A DNA stretch of 64,000 nt from Spirochaetota bacterium (GTDB lineage: Bacteria; Spirochaetota; UBA4802; UBA5550): assembly GCA_036821145.1 (NCBI GenBank), contig DAISJZ010000005.1:1029-65028 (forward strand), given 5' to 3'. The translations under genes and the position numbers were made by a program. The number at the start of each line of letters is the position of its first letter. The stretch's first letter is position 1. Below are positions 28,045 through 37,335 of the stretch, in pieces. The notes below the pieces were generated by a model. The model was not told where the DNA came from. It saw nothing but the letters and a program-made list of their open reading frames with translations, and ran no database searches.

Positions 28045-29408
28045 TTTTTACTGAACATCTCCAGTGCTGTAATGAGCTGGTTATCAAATTCCAGGTCGTA
28101 TGGGATCTGCTTGTGATATTTGTTTATCTCGCGTTTAAGGATTATATCCGCAGTTTTGTCAGTTATTTTTATATTCTTACTTTTCAGGAAGCTATGAAAT
28201 TCCTGTTTTACGGAATCGTTATACTCTGTTTTAATAGTCACGAATTTATTCAGGAGTTTATCTTTGCTGATTTTCTTCAGTTCTTCAGTATCTGACTGGG
28301 CAACATCTGCGTATTTAACTTCACGGTCAGGCATAATACCTTTCCCGTGGATCATTGCGCCTGACGGGGTGTAGTATTTTGCAATTGTGAGAGCTATCCC
28401 CAGTTCTTTATCAAGGGAGTATGTCTTCTGCACAGAACCTTTTCCGAAAGTTTTTTCTCCGACCAGTATAGCGCGTTTATTGTCTTTCAGAGCCCCGCTC
28501 AGTATCTCCGAGGCTGATGCGCTACCTTTATTTACCAGTATGACAACTTCTCCCGAATAGTATGCAGGATTATTTGCTTTATACACAATCTCTTTAACAT
28601 TCTCCCCTCTCCCTTTTGTGGAGACAATAACAGTTTCCCTGTCGAGAAAGAAGTCAGATATATCAACAGCAGCGTTCAATAGCCCTCCGGGGTTAAACCT
28701 CAGGTCTATAATCAGCCTGTTTACTTTACTGTTTCTGAAAAATTCGAGTGCCTTCTTCACATCAGAAGTTGTGTCGCTCCCGAAGGTTTTAATTCTAAGA
28801 TAACCGGTGTTATGTTCTTTTATAAGAGCGTAATCGGTGCTCTCTATTTTTATCGGGGCCCTTTCTATTTCATAATCTATCTCTTCGTTAAAACCTTCTC
28901 TTCTTACTGATATGGAAACCTTTGTTCCGGGGAGCCCTTTTATGTTTTTAATAACTTCATTAAGATTTTTATCTTTTATATTTTCACTGTTGACCCTGGT
29001 TATAATATCGCCTGACTCTATCCCTGCTTTCATTGCAGGTGAATTATCAATGGGGCTAACCACAACAATCTCCCCGTCCTTCACTGCAATTTCAACTCCG
29101 ATACCGACAAATTTTCCCGTTGTCATCTCCTGCAGTTCAGAGGTGGCCTCTTCATCAAGAAAACGTGTGAATGGATCACCGAGAGAATTAATCATCCCTT
29201 TAATGGCACCGTAAAAAAGCTTTTTGTTGTCAGGTGCGTCAACATATTCAGATGTGATCATCTGGTAGACCTGATGAAAATATTCCAGGTATTTATGAGC
29301 AGGTTCCCCGGCTTTTGCCGCAAAAGAGAAGTTAACGCCGAGAAAAAGTCCTGTTGAAAATGCAAGAACTACAAGGTGAATTTTTCTTTCAGAAAATTTT
29401 TTAAACAT
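28041..29408 (-). CDS. S41-family carboxyl-terminal processing protease with PDZ domain
   Basis: N-terminal anchor, PDZ block (GIGVEI...VVSPIDNSPAMKAGIESGDII) and catalytic region (NKGSASASEILSGALKD, GEKTFGKGSVQ). Confidence 0.9.
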   Translation of the reverse strand: MFKKFSERKIHLVVLAFSTGLFLGVNFSFAAKAGEPAHKYLEYFHQVYQMITSEYVDAPDNKKLFYGAIKGMINSLGDPFTRFLDEEATSELQEMTTGKFVGIGVEIAVKDGEIVVVSPIDNSPAMKAGIESGDIITRVNSENIKDKNLNEVIKNIKGLPGTKVSISVRREGFNEEIDYEIERAPIKIESTDYALIKEHNTGYLRIKTFGSDTTSDVKKALEFFRNSKVNRLIIDLRFNPGGLLNAAVDISDFFLDRETVIVSTKGRGENVKEIVYKANNPAYYSGEVVILVNKGSASASEILSGALKDNKRAILVGEKTFGKGSVQKTYSLDKELGIALTIAKYYTPSGAMIHGKGIMPDREVKYADVAQSDTEELKKISKDKLLNKFVTIKTEYNDSVKQEFHSFLKSKNIKITDKTADIILKREINKYHKQIPYDLEFDNQLITALEMFSKK

Positions 29409-29497
29409 TAGAGGCTCCGGTAAGAAGAGATAATAAACAGAATATATGTATATTCAGAATAAACATGGTTACGGGGAGTGTCAATAAATTATCGGAT

Positions 29498-30109
29498 TTA
29501 CTCTTTGCAGACTTTGCGGGAAAAATCTGTAAGTATCCGGGCTGTCATTCCCCATATTGTGCTGTTTCCGTAAGTATAATAATAGACATCATAATCCCTG
29601 CCGTCGTAAGTTACCTTTTCGCATTTATCATACTGCTCATTATAGAAGAGTGAAAAGGGTACTTCAAGGATCTCTTCAATTTCGTCTGCGCAGGGTGTAT
29701 ATTCGATTTCCCTGTTAAGAGCTCCTATGTAAACATAAACATGGAAGCCCATTATGGAGATATATTCATCATATTCACCCAGAACTTCAATTTCAGCAGG
29801 GTCGATTCCCACCTCTTCATACGTCTCTCTAAGGGCTGTTTCAAGATAATCTTTATCTGTTTCGTCCCAGCTCCCTCCGGGAAATGAAACCTGTCCCTTG
29901 TGAGTGGAGACCCTGTCTGTACGGAGAGAAAGAAGTACATGCGGAGAGTTATCTCTTTCCATAAAAATCATCATAACAGCTGATTTCCTGTAGTCAGGAA
30001 AGCTGATTGTTCTTTTCTCCCTTGAAGAGAGTGTCTCCCTTAATGCCTGTTTGAAATCATGAAACGCGTAGTTATTGCTGAATTCTATTTTCATATATGT
30101 CGCCGCCAT
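29498..30109 (-). CDS. NUDIX hydrolase, CoA pyrophosphatase-like
   Basis: The Nudix box is GGSWDETDKDYLETALRETYEEVGI. It is preceded by the CoA-pyrophosphatase-type signature LLSLRTDRVSTHKGQVSFPGG. The start may be MKIEF at 30094. Confidence 0.82.
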   Translation of the reverse strand: MAATYMKIEFSNNYAFHDFKQALRETLSSREKRTISFPDYRKSAVMMIFMERDNSPHVLLSLRTDRVSTHKGQVSFPGGSWDETDKDYLETALRETYEEVGIDPAEIEVLGEYDEYISIMGFHVYVYIGALNREIEYTPCADEIEEILEVPFSLFYNEQYDKCEKVTYDGRDYDVYYYTYGNSTIWGMTARILTDFSRKVCKE

Positions 30110-30614
30110 AAATATCTATTGCTACAACCGCAGGGAAGTCTTCCACATAAAGTTCAAAGACTGCCTCTGGCCCCAGATCTTCGAATGCTATTACACGGGA
30201 TGATTTGATTCTTTTGCTCAGGTATGCACCTGCTCCGCCGATTGAGCTGAAGTACACTGCCTTATATTTAACAAGGAGTTCCCTTGTCGCATCATCTCTT
30301 TTGCCTTTCCCCATCATCCCCTTGATTCCCCGGGATAGTACCATCTCTGAAAAAGGATCCATGCGTGATGAGGTTGTGGGACCTGCCGCACCAATGATTA
30401 TCCCCTCCTTCGCGGGGGTGGGGCCGACATAATAAAGCAGTTCACCTTTAAGTTCAAAGGGGGGCTGTTCACCATTTGCAAGCATCTGCCTTATCCTGTC
30501 GTGAGCCTTGTCCCTTGCCGTCAGTATACGCCCTGTTATAAGGCAGGGGTCTCCGCAGCGGAGAGATTCAATATCAGTGTCACAAAGCGGCGCTGTTATC
30601 CTTTTCCATTCCAT
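30072..30614 (-). CDS. Fe-S hydro-lyase (class I fumarate/tartrate) beta subunit
   Basis: 180 aa with GDPCLITGRILTARDKAHDR and GPTTSSRMD. It directly follows the alpha-subunit gene. Confidence 0.88.
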   Translation of the reverse strand: MEWKRITAPLCDTDIESLRCGDPCLITGRILTARDKAHDRIRQMLANGEQPPFELKGELLYYVGPTPAKEGIIIGAAGPTTSSRMDPFSEMVLSRGIKGMMGKGKRDDATRELLVKYKAVYFSSIGGAGAYLSKRIKSSRVIAFEDLGPEAVFELYVEDFPAVVAIDIYGGDIYENRIQQ

Positions 30615-31459
30615 TAGAGGGTAACCTCCCCTTTACGGAAAGAATGGCAATTCATGTTCAGGGCCACAGGGAGTGAAGCAATATGAGTAGGAGCGGTGAG
30701 TATGTATACTCCCGCAGCTGTCGCTCTGCCGCCAAAACCCATAGGGCCTACACCTGTGGCATTGATTTTTCTCAGTATTTTATCTTCAAGTTCAGCATAA
30801 AAAGGGTCGCCATGTTTCTCCCCTGCCGGACGCAGAAGCGCTTTTTTGGAATTGAGCATTGCCGTGTCAGCAGTGCCGCCAATACCGACGCCGAGAAATA
30901 ACGGGGGGCAGGGATTAGGGCCGGCCTTGATCACACTTTCTGTGATAAAATCAATAATAAGGTCAGCAGAATCTGTGGGCCTGAACATCCTGAGCACACT
31001 CATATTTTCAGAACCCCCCCCTTTAAGCAGTACATCAATTTTTAATCTGTCACCGGGTACAATATCCGAATGTATGAATGCCGGTGTGTTCGTCCCGGTG
31101 TTAACTCTGCGAAGAGGATCTGACACGATTGATTTCCGCAGGTAAAATTTTTTGTAGGCTTCGGCAACAGCATCATTTACCGCATCATAAAGGTAATTCC
31201 CTTCAAGTTCAAGCTCCTGACCGATTTCAAGAAAAACTATTGTTGATCCGCAATCCTGACATAGGGGGATCTCCTCTTTCTCAGCGATTTCAGTATTTTC
31301 AATGAGTATCTTCAGAGTTTCTGATGCAAGAGGATTAGTCTCTTCGGCTTTCATTCTGATGAATGCGGATTTTATCTCCGGGGGCGCGATGAAACTTGCG
31401 CTGTAGATCAGCTTTATAATTTCGCTTTTTATAATGTCAGTGTGGATAGTTCTTTTCAT
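30614..31459 (-). CDS. Fe-S hydro-lyase (class I fumarate/tartrate) alpha subunit
   Basis: 281 aa with PLCQDCGSTIVFLEIGQ, KGGGSENMS and GVGIGGTAD. It shares a 1-nt overlap with the beta-subunit gene. Confidence 0.88.
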   Translation of the reverse strand: MKRTIHTDIIKSEIIKLIYSASFIAPPEIKSAFIRMKAEETNPLASETLKILIENTEIAEKEEIPLCQDCGSTIVFLEIGQELELEGNYLYDAVNDAVAEAYKKFYLRKSIVSDPLRRVNTGTNTPAFIHSDIVPGDRLKIDVLLKGGGSENMSVLRMFRPTDSADLIIDFITESVIKAGPNPCPPLFLGVGIGGTADTAMLNSKKALLRPAGEKHGDPFYAELEDKILRKINATGVGPMGFGGRATAAGVYILTAPTHIASLPVALNMNCHSFRKGEVTL

Positions 31460-31614
31460 TTTTTGATTGTTTAATTTTTAGTGTATAATAAACATTCAGA
31501 ATATGTCATTTCGAACCCTTATCAGTTTGCCGGGTGAGAAATCTATTAATGACAGGAACAGAAAAAATAATACTCTGATATAGCAATGCAGTATGGAACT
31601 CTTCCGGCAGGTAT

Positions 31615-32130
31615 ATGTCAAGAAATATTATGAGAAAGATAATTGCTGACACATCATCCCTGATACTCCTGTACAAGTGCGGCGCTGCAGAATACTTTCT
31701 GAATACATGCTGTTGTATTGTACCTCAGCCTGTCAGGGATGAGCTTACAGCAGCAGGGCATGAAGGAGCGGATTTTTTTGAAGAATGTATTATAAAGAAA
31801 ATTCTTGCTGTCAAAATTCATTCAGTTGATTTTGAACCGGTTAAAAAATTGCATAAGGGGGAGAGTGGAGCAATAGCGCTCTATAGAGAAGGCGCAGGTG
31901 ATTATTTAATTATTGATGACGGGGGCGGTGCTGCTTACTGCAGGGATAACGGAATCCCGTATATCAATGCTCTGCTGGCTGTGAAAATATTGTTCTCATG
32001 CGGAAAAATTGATCAAAAGAAATATGATACAATGTTTATGTGGCTTAAGAGTAACGGCAGGTATTCAAAAGCTGTTATTGAATGGGCGGAAAATTCAGGC
32101 ATTGCCGAACTAAGGGAGTTTTTACTGTAA
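31615..32130 (+). CDS. PIN-like (DUF3368-type) predicted nucleic-acid-binding protein
   Basis: IIADTSSLILLYKCG..., VPQPVRDEL, GESGAIALYRE and YLIIDDGGGAAYCRDNGIPYINALLAV follow the DUF3368 PIN-like pattern. Confidence 0.6.
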   Translation: MSRNIMRKIIADTSSLILLYKCGAAEYFLNTCCCIVPQPVRDELTAAGHEGADFFEECIIKKILAVKIHSVDFEPVKKLHKGESGAIALYREGAGDYLIIDDGGGAAYCRDNGIPYINALLAVKILFSCGKIDQKKYDTMFMWLKSNGRYSKAVIEWAENSGIAELREFLL

Positions 32131-32138
32131 CAGATCAT

Positions 32139-32711
32139 TTAATGCTTCTCCCCGTAAGCAAGGAATGTATTAAACTTCATATCTTCTCCGGAAGATGATT
32201 CTAAATGAATTGTCTGTTCAAGAACTTCGATTGAAATCTCCTTCAATCCCGCTTTTACAAACCATTCATAAAGGTCAGGCATATTAAATCCGGGCCAGAG
32301 GTGATTATGCTCTTTCTGAAAATCCTCATAAATATATTCTGTAATATCGGTTATTGCAATTTTACCGCCGGGCTTTAATATCCTCACCATTTCTTTAATT
32401 AACTCTACCGGCTCTACAATGTTATGAAGATGCATGTTTGAGAAAACATAATCAGCGGAGCCGTCTGCAGCGTTAATACTCTGCGGGGTGCATTTTATAA
32501 TCTCCACCTCCCTGAAGTGTCCGAATCTCTGTTTCAGGATTTCCAGCATCTCCGGAGATGATTCTGCCATAATTACATTCAGCCCCGCGTTCAGCAGCCC
32601 CTCTGACATGAATCCTGTGCCTGCGCCGATATCAGCGGCAGTTTTACCGAAGTCGGTTTTGACCTTAATGATAGCTTCATCCCGGACTTTTTCAGAAAAA
32701 AATTTTTCCAT
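32139..32711 (-). CDS. class I SAM-dependent methyltransferase
   Basis: SAM-binding motif DIGAGTGFMSEGL and post-I/II blocks (ILKPGGKIAITD). Confidence 0.82.
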   Translation of the reverse strand: MEKFFSEKVRDEAIIKVKTDFGKTAADIGAGTGFMSEGLLNAGLNVIMAESSPEMLEILKQRFGHFREVEIIKCTPQSINAADGSADYVFSNMHLHNIVEPVELIKEMVRILKPGGKIAITDITEYIYEDFQKEHNHLWPGFNMPDLYEWFVKAGLKEISIEVLEQTIHLESSSGEDMKFNTFLAYGEKH

Positions 32712-32993
32712 AACAGATCTCCATTATTAACAATTATTCAGATTTTAATTCAGCATTTTGTCAATTTTAAATGGTTTTTTGATGGCATCATTAGTGTTTT
32801 TTGCGGCAGAGGCGACATAAAAAAGGAAAAACAGGATTTTTTAGTGAAACAAATAGAGATGATTATTATTTTTGCCGAAGGCAGGAGATGATTGCAGGGG
32901 TCTGTGTATAACTGTTTTTAAGCTTGATGAAAATTTTATATCACAAATCATCTGTCATTAATCACATTGTATTGTGGGTGAAAAGAGGGTGCA

Positions 32994-35117
32994 ATGAAGG
33001 TCAGGGATTTTTTATGCAGCAGCAGGATACAGTTTTTCAAGATCGATGACACTGTAAGAGAGGCATGTTCTATATTTAATGATCTCAAAATAGACGCGTC
33101 AGTTGTTGTTGATGACAACGATATACTGGTGGGTCTGTTTACAAAAAATCATGTGTTTAAAGCAATTAAAAACGGTATTGATCTTGATACCCCTATCGGG
33201 GAGCTGATGACCAGGAATGTAATGTCAGGTCACCCTGATGATAATGTTGAAGACAGGTTTTACTTCAAGCACGGATATCTCCCGGTGGTGGAGAACGGTA
33301 AAGCTGTTGGTGTTATTTCAATCCCGGATTTTGTGAAGACATATCACGATTCATATAAAGTGGCGCGGAATTTTGTGGATGCTATTGTAAACTCCTCAAG
33401 CAACCTCCTTGTTTCAGTGGGACAGGACGGCAGGATTATACTTGTAAATAAAATGGCGCAGGAGCGCCTTGATATGTCTGAGGCTGATTTTATCGGTAAA
33501 AACTACTCTGAAGTTTTTCCTGAAATAAGCCTCAATGATGTAATTAAAAGCGGTGTTATCCCCCCTGTACAGAAGGTGATGATAAAAGGGAGGCCGTATA
33601 TCAATTCAAGGTATCCTGTATGGCTTGAGGGGAAAATTATTGGAGCTGTATCTGCGTTTCAGGACGTGGAAGCGCTGGAGTTTATAATTAACGAGCTTGG
33701 AACTGAGAAGGAGCTCAACAGAGACCTGGACGCCATCATCGAATCCTCCTCGGACGGGATATTTGTATGTGACGGAGACGCGAATGTTCTCCGGATAAAT
33801 AAAGCGTATGAAAAAATATCAGAGCTCGATACAACCGGTTTTTACGGCAAAAATATGAGGGATCTTGTCGCGAACGGGACCTACTCCCAGTCTGTAACTC
33901 TCCTTGTTATCGCAAAGAGGGAAACAGTAAGTATTGTTCAGAAGACAAGCAGCGGTAAATCCCTTCTTGCTACAGGTAAGCCTGTGTTTGATGAGAAAGG
34001 AAATATTTTCAGGGTTGTGACAAGTGTAAGGGATATAACAGATCTATATAGAATACAACAGACTCTTGAAGAGACGCAGAAGATGACTGAGGAGTACAGG
34101 AAGGAGCTGGACTCTCTAAGAATAAAATCCGTTAAGAATATTGATGGAATGATTATCGGCTCAGAGAAGATGAATGCACTGGTTGATATGGCTATCAGGC
34201 TCGCGAAGGTTGATTCCACAATAATGATAACAGGTGAGTCCGGAACAGGTAAAGATCTTGTTGCAGGGATCATTCACAAGTACAGCCAGAGGGAGAGCAA
34301 GCCCTTTATTAAAGTGAACTGCGGAGCTATACCTGCCAATCTCCTTGAGTCAGAACTTTTCGGTTATGAGGATGGAGCTTTTACAGGCGCCCGCAAAGGT
34401 GGGAAACCCGGCTACTTTGAGATGGCGGATAAAGGCACGCTCTTCCTTGATGAGATTGGGGAGCTCCCTTACGAACTTCAGGCAAAAATGCTGCGGGTTC
34501 TTCAGCATAAAGAGTTCAACCGCGTGGGGGGGAAGAAATTCATGCAGGTTGACGTCAGAATTCTCACGGCAACCAACAGGGATCTCCTGGAGATGGTTAA
34601 TGAGAAAAAGTTCAGGGAGGACCTGTACTACAGGCTTAATGTCGTTCCCCTTAATATCCCCTCCCTTCGCGAAAGGAGTGAGGATATACCTTTTATTACT
34701 GCTTATTACCTTAAACTTTTTAATGACAGCTACAATATGGCAAAAAGGTTCTCTTCTGAAGTTATGGATGCCTTTGAGAAATACTCGTGGCCCGGTAATA
34801 TAAGGGAACTTCGTAACCTTGTGGAGAGGCTTGTGGTAATGTGCCCTGATAATGTTATCACTCCTGCTGATTTACCTTCTAATATCTGCACAGAGGCTAA
34901 ATGTGAGGATTCAGTTTCAGGTTCCGGCATCAGGGTGAATGAGGTTATGCCTCTGAAAGATGCTATTGAAAATGTGGAAAAACAGCTTATTGCAAAGGCT
35001 TATGAAAAGTTTGCGTCAACACGTGAGATGGCTAAGCATCTTAAAATAAGCGCTCCCACAATAGTGAGGCGTGCGGCAAAATATGGAATAACAAAAAATG
35101 GTTTGTTTCAAAAATGA
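32994..35117 (+). CDS. sigma-54-dependent transcriptional activator (CBS pair - PAS - PAS - AAA+ - Fis-type HTH)
   Basis: Walker A is GESGTGKDL. The ESELFGYEDGAFTGA block carries the GAFTGA sigma-54 contact loop. Also present are RVLQHKEFNRVGG, RILTATNRDL, FREDLYYRLNV and WPGNIRELRN, with a C-terminal HTH. The N-terminal CBS-like repeats and PAS-like regions are read by eye. Confidence 0.9.
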   Translation: MKVRDFLCSSRIQFFKIDDTVREACSIFNDLKIDASVVVDDNDILVGLFTKNHVFKAIKNGIDLDTPIGELMTRNVMSGHPDDNVEDRFYFKHGYLPVVENGKAVGVISIPDFVKTYHDSYKVARNFVDAIVNSSSNLLVSVGQDGRIILVNKMAQERLDMSEADFIGKNYSEVFPEISLNDVIKSGVIPPVQKVMIKGRPYINSRYPVWLEGKIIGAVSAFQDVEALEFIINELGTEKELNRDLDAIIESSSDGIFVCDGDANVLRINKAYEKISELDTTGFYGKNMRDLVANGTYSQSVTLLVIAKRETVSIVQKTSSGKSLLATGKPVFDEKGNIFRVVTSVRDITDLYRIQQTLEETQKMTEEYRKELDSLRIKSVKNIDGMIIGSEKMNALVDMAIRLAKVDSTIMITGESGTGKDLVAGIIHKYSQRESKPFIKVNCGAIPANLLESELFGYEDGAFTGARKGGKPGYFEMADKGTLFLDEIGELPYELQAKMLRVLQHKEFNRVGGKKFMQVDVRILTATNRDLLEMVNEKKFREDLYYRLNVVPLNIPSLRERSEDIPFITAYYLKLFNDSYNMAKRFSSEVMDAFEKYSWPGNIRELRNLVERLVVMCPDNVITPADLPSNICTEAKCEDSVSGSGIRVNEVMPLKDAIENVEKQLIAKAYEKFASTREMAKHLKISAPTIVRRAAKYGITKNGLFQK

Positions 35118-35159
35118 AACACTGTTTCATTTTTGAAATTCTGTTTCATTATTGAAACA
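35104..35159. promoter_or_regulatory. three tandem TGTTTCA-N4-TGAAACA inverted repeats (candidate enhancer/UAS for the sigma-54 activator)
   Basis: The sites are at 35104-35121 (perfect), 35123-35140 (right half TGAAAtt) and 35142-35159 (perfect), a strict 19-bp register. The first site overlaps the activator gene's stop codon. Confidence 0.6.
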
Positions 35160-35300
35160 GAATCGAATTTATTAAATTTAATGAACATTTTAAAGATTTT
35201 TTTATAATTTTTCCCTTCCATTGTTTTATAATAGAGTAATCAAAGAAAACCGCTAACTCCAAAAAACACTCAATTCTAATTAAATACATGCTTTGATAAT

Positions 35301-35328
35301 ATATCTGTTTCAAATATGAAACAGATAT
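35301..35328. promoter_or_regulatory. fourth, extended palindrome ATATCTGTTTCA-AATA-TGAAACAGATAT (candidate UAS)
   Basis: Perfect 12-bp arms containing the same TGTTTCA/TGAAACA core. It lies about 220 bp upstream of the -24/-12 element. Confidence 0.6.
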
Positions 35329-35534
35329 AAAAAAATCAGAAAAATCAGCAAGCTCCAGGTTTAGATGACAGAGTTTGATGCACCGGTTTAATTCAAAAAA
35401 AATTTTCTTAAATTAAAAAAAATCGAATAATACATCTGCTAATAGAGTTTTACCCTGCTCCTATAACCAGTAAAAGTACCATTCGGACGGTTATTACATC
35501 TCTATCCTTTTTTACAGTAATTCAGGCCTGATTC

Positions 35535-35550
35535 TGGCACACATCATGCA
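35535..35550 (+). promoter_or_regulatory. sigma-54 (-24/-12) promoter of the abfD operon
   Basis: TGGCAC-ACATC-ATGCA matches the consensus TGGCAC-N5-TTGCA with correct GG/GC spacing. It lies 54 nt upstream of the abfD ATG and downstream of a sigma-54 activator gene. Confidence 0.75.
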
Positions 35551-35603
35551 ATATATACCTGTGAACTTCAGATTAAATAAAAATTTTATGGGAGGCGTTA
35601 TTA

Positions 35604-37046
35604 ATGAAAACCGGAAAGGAATATGAAGATAGTTTAAGAAAGCTGAATCTGAAAGTTTACCTGTTCGGCAAGAAAGTTGAAAATGTTGTAGATGACCCGA
35701 TTATTCGACCATCAATGAATGCTGTTAAAATGACCTATGATATGGCTGCAATGCCGGAGTATGAAGATTTGCTGACAGCTACATCACATTTAACAGGTAA
35801 AAAGATAAACAGGTTCACACATATCCACCAGAGCACAACCGACCTTGTAAAGAAAACGAAAATGGAGAGGCTCCTCGGTGCCCAGACTGGTTGCTGTTTC
35901 CAGCGCTGCGTTGGAATGGATGCGATGAATGCTCTTTCTATTACTACATTCAACATCGACAAGAAGTACGGCACTGAGTATAACAAAAGATTCCTGAAGT
36001 ACCTTGAGTATGTTCAGGCGGAAGACCTTACATGTGACGGAGCAATGACAGACCCTAAAGGGGACAGAAGCCTGGCACCTCACCAGCAGAAAGATCCTGA
36101 TATGTTTCTACATGTTGTTGAGGAGAGAGCTGACGGTATAGTCGTAACTGGGGCAAAAGCTCACCAGACAGGAGCAGTTAACTCTCATGAGATTATTGTA
36201 ATGCCAACTATTTCAATGAGGGAAGAGGATAAAGATTATGCTCTTTCTTTTGCATTACCTGCAGACGCAGAGGGGATAACATACATTTATGGAAGGCAGT
36301 CTTGTGATACAAGAAAGCTTGAAAAAGGAAAGATTGATAGAGGAAACCAGCTTTTTGGCGGGCATGAAGCCCTTGTAGTTTTCGATAAGGTTTTTGTTCC
36401 ATGGGAAAGAATATTCATGTACAAGGAGTTTGACTTCTCAGGAGAGCTTGTTGAGAACTTTGCTTCTTATCACAGGCAGAGCTACGCGTGTAAAGCCGGA
36501 GTTGGTGATGTTCTTATCGGAGCAACACAGGTGGCAGCGGATTACAACGGAGCAAACAAGGCATCACATGTAAAAGATAAAATTATCGAGATGAATCACC
36601 TGAATGAAACTCTCTATTGCGGATCTGTTGCATGTGCAACTGAAGGGAGCAAACAGCCTTCAGGAACTTTTCTTGTAAACACTCTTCTTGCTAACGTTTG
36701 TAAACAGAATGTCACAAGGTTTCCGTACGAGATTGCAAGACTTGCCCAGGATATCGCAGGTGGTCTTATGGTAACTATGCCGTCAGAGGATGATCTTAAT
36801 TCTCCCGAAATCGGACATTATGTTAAGAAGTATTTTAAAGGTAACGCAAGTGTTCCTACAGAAAACAGGCTTAAGATTCTCAGACTTATTGAAAATATTA
36901 CTTTAGGCACTGCAGCTGTTGGTTATTTGACAGAGTCTATGCACGGTGCAGGTTCACCACAGGCGCAGAGGATTATGATCGCCCGCCAGGTTAACATGGC
37001 TGAAAAGATGAAGGTAGCCAAAAAACTATGCGGGATTGAGGAGTAA
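35604..37046 (+). CDS. abfD: 4-hydroxybutyryl-CoA dehydratase / vinylacetyl-CoA delta-isomerase
   Basis: Collinear with my recollection of Clostridium aminobutyricum AbfD: SLRKLN..VY.FG, RFTHIHQST, CFQRCVGMDA, GAMTDPKGDR, YGRQSCDTRK, YHRQSY, HVKDK.IEM.HLNETLYC, ANVCKQN.TRFPYEI and ESMHGAGSPQAQRIMIARQ. Confidence 0.93.
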   Translation: MKTGKEYEDSLRKLNLKVYLFGKKVENVVDDPIIRPSMNAVKMTYDMAAMPEYEDLLTATSHLTGKKINRFTHIHQSTTDLVKKTKMERLLGAQTGCCFQRCVGMDAMNALSITTFNIDKKYGTEYNKRFLKYLEYVQAEDLTCDGAMTDPKGDRSLAPHQQKDPDMFLHVVEERADGIVVTGAKAHQTGAVNSHEIIVMPTISMREEDKDYALSFALPADAEGITYIYGRQSCDTRKLEKGKIDRGNQLFGGHEALVVFDKVFVPWERIFMYKEFDFSGELVENFASYHRQSYACKAGVGDVLIGATQVAADYNGANKASHVKDKIIEMNHLNETLYCGSVACATEGSKQPSGTFLVNTLLANVCKQNVTRFPYEIARLAQDIAGGLMVTMPSEDDLNSPEIGHYVKKYFKGNASVPTENRLKILRLIENITLGTAAVGYLTESMHGAGSPQAQRIMIARQVNMAEKMKVAKKLCGIEE

Positions 37047-37049
37047 GCT

Positions 37050-37322
37050 CTGATTATCGGACTTAAGTATTGCGGCGGCTGCAACCCTGCTTTTGACAGG
37101 GTCGCAGCAGTCGAAAGAATAAAAAGGGGTCTTGAGGGAATAGCGGAATTTGTTCCGTTGGATTATGATTCAACTGAAATGGTATTAGCAGTAATGGGAT
37201 GCGGCGCAGCATGTGCTGATCTTGAGGGGGTTGATGAAGATCACCTTATAGTCATCACAAGTGAGAAAGAAATTGATGCTGTGATAGAAGAGATAAAGAG
37301 GAAGCATAAAGTTTTTAAATAG
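37050..37322 (+). CDS. small (about 90 aa) cysteine-motif protein (KYCGGCNP ... GCGAAC), non-ATG start; absent from the ORF track
   Basis: The frame is stop-free from 37050 to TAG at 37320-37322. It translates (L/M)IIGLKYCGGCNPAFDRVAAVERIKRGLEGIAEFVPLDYDSTEMVLAVMGCGAACADLEGVDEDHLIVITSEKEIDAVIEEIKRKHKVFK. GAGGAG at 37038-37043 sits 6-12 nt before the candidate starts CTG 37050, ATT 37053 and ATC 37056. The ORF exactly fills the abfD-abfT gap. Confidence 0.6.
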   Translation: MIIGLKYCGGCNPAFDRVAAVERIKRGLEGIAEFVPLDYDSTEMVLAVMGCGAACADLEGVDEDHLIVITSEKEIDAVIEEIKRKHKVFK

Positions 37323-37335
37323 CAGGAGGTTTTAT

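Noticed and set aside
35104-35159. Periodic 19-bp repeats considered as a mini CRISPR-like or tandem-repeat array
   Set aside because: There are only three units. Each unit is itself a palindrome and there are no spacers. The position between a sigma-54 activator gene and a -24/-12 promoter fits enhancer sites far better.
37044-37046. Translational read-through of the abfD TAA into the in-frame CGGC ORF
   Set aside because: I cannot exclude it. However, TAA is an efficient stop, and a well-spaced GAGGAG precedes near-cognate start codons. An independent small gene is the simpler reading, so I keep this only as an alternative in the finding.
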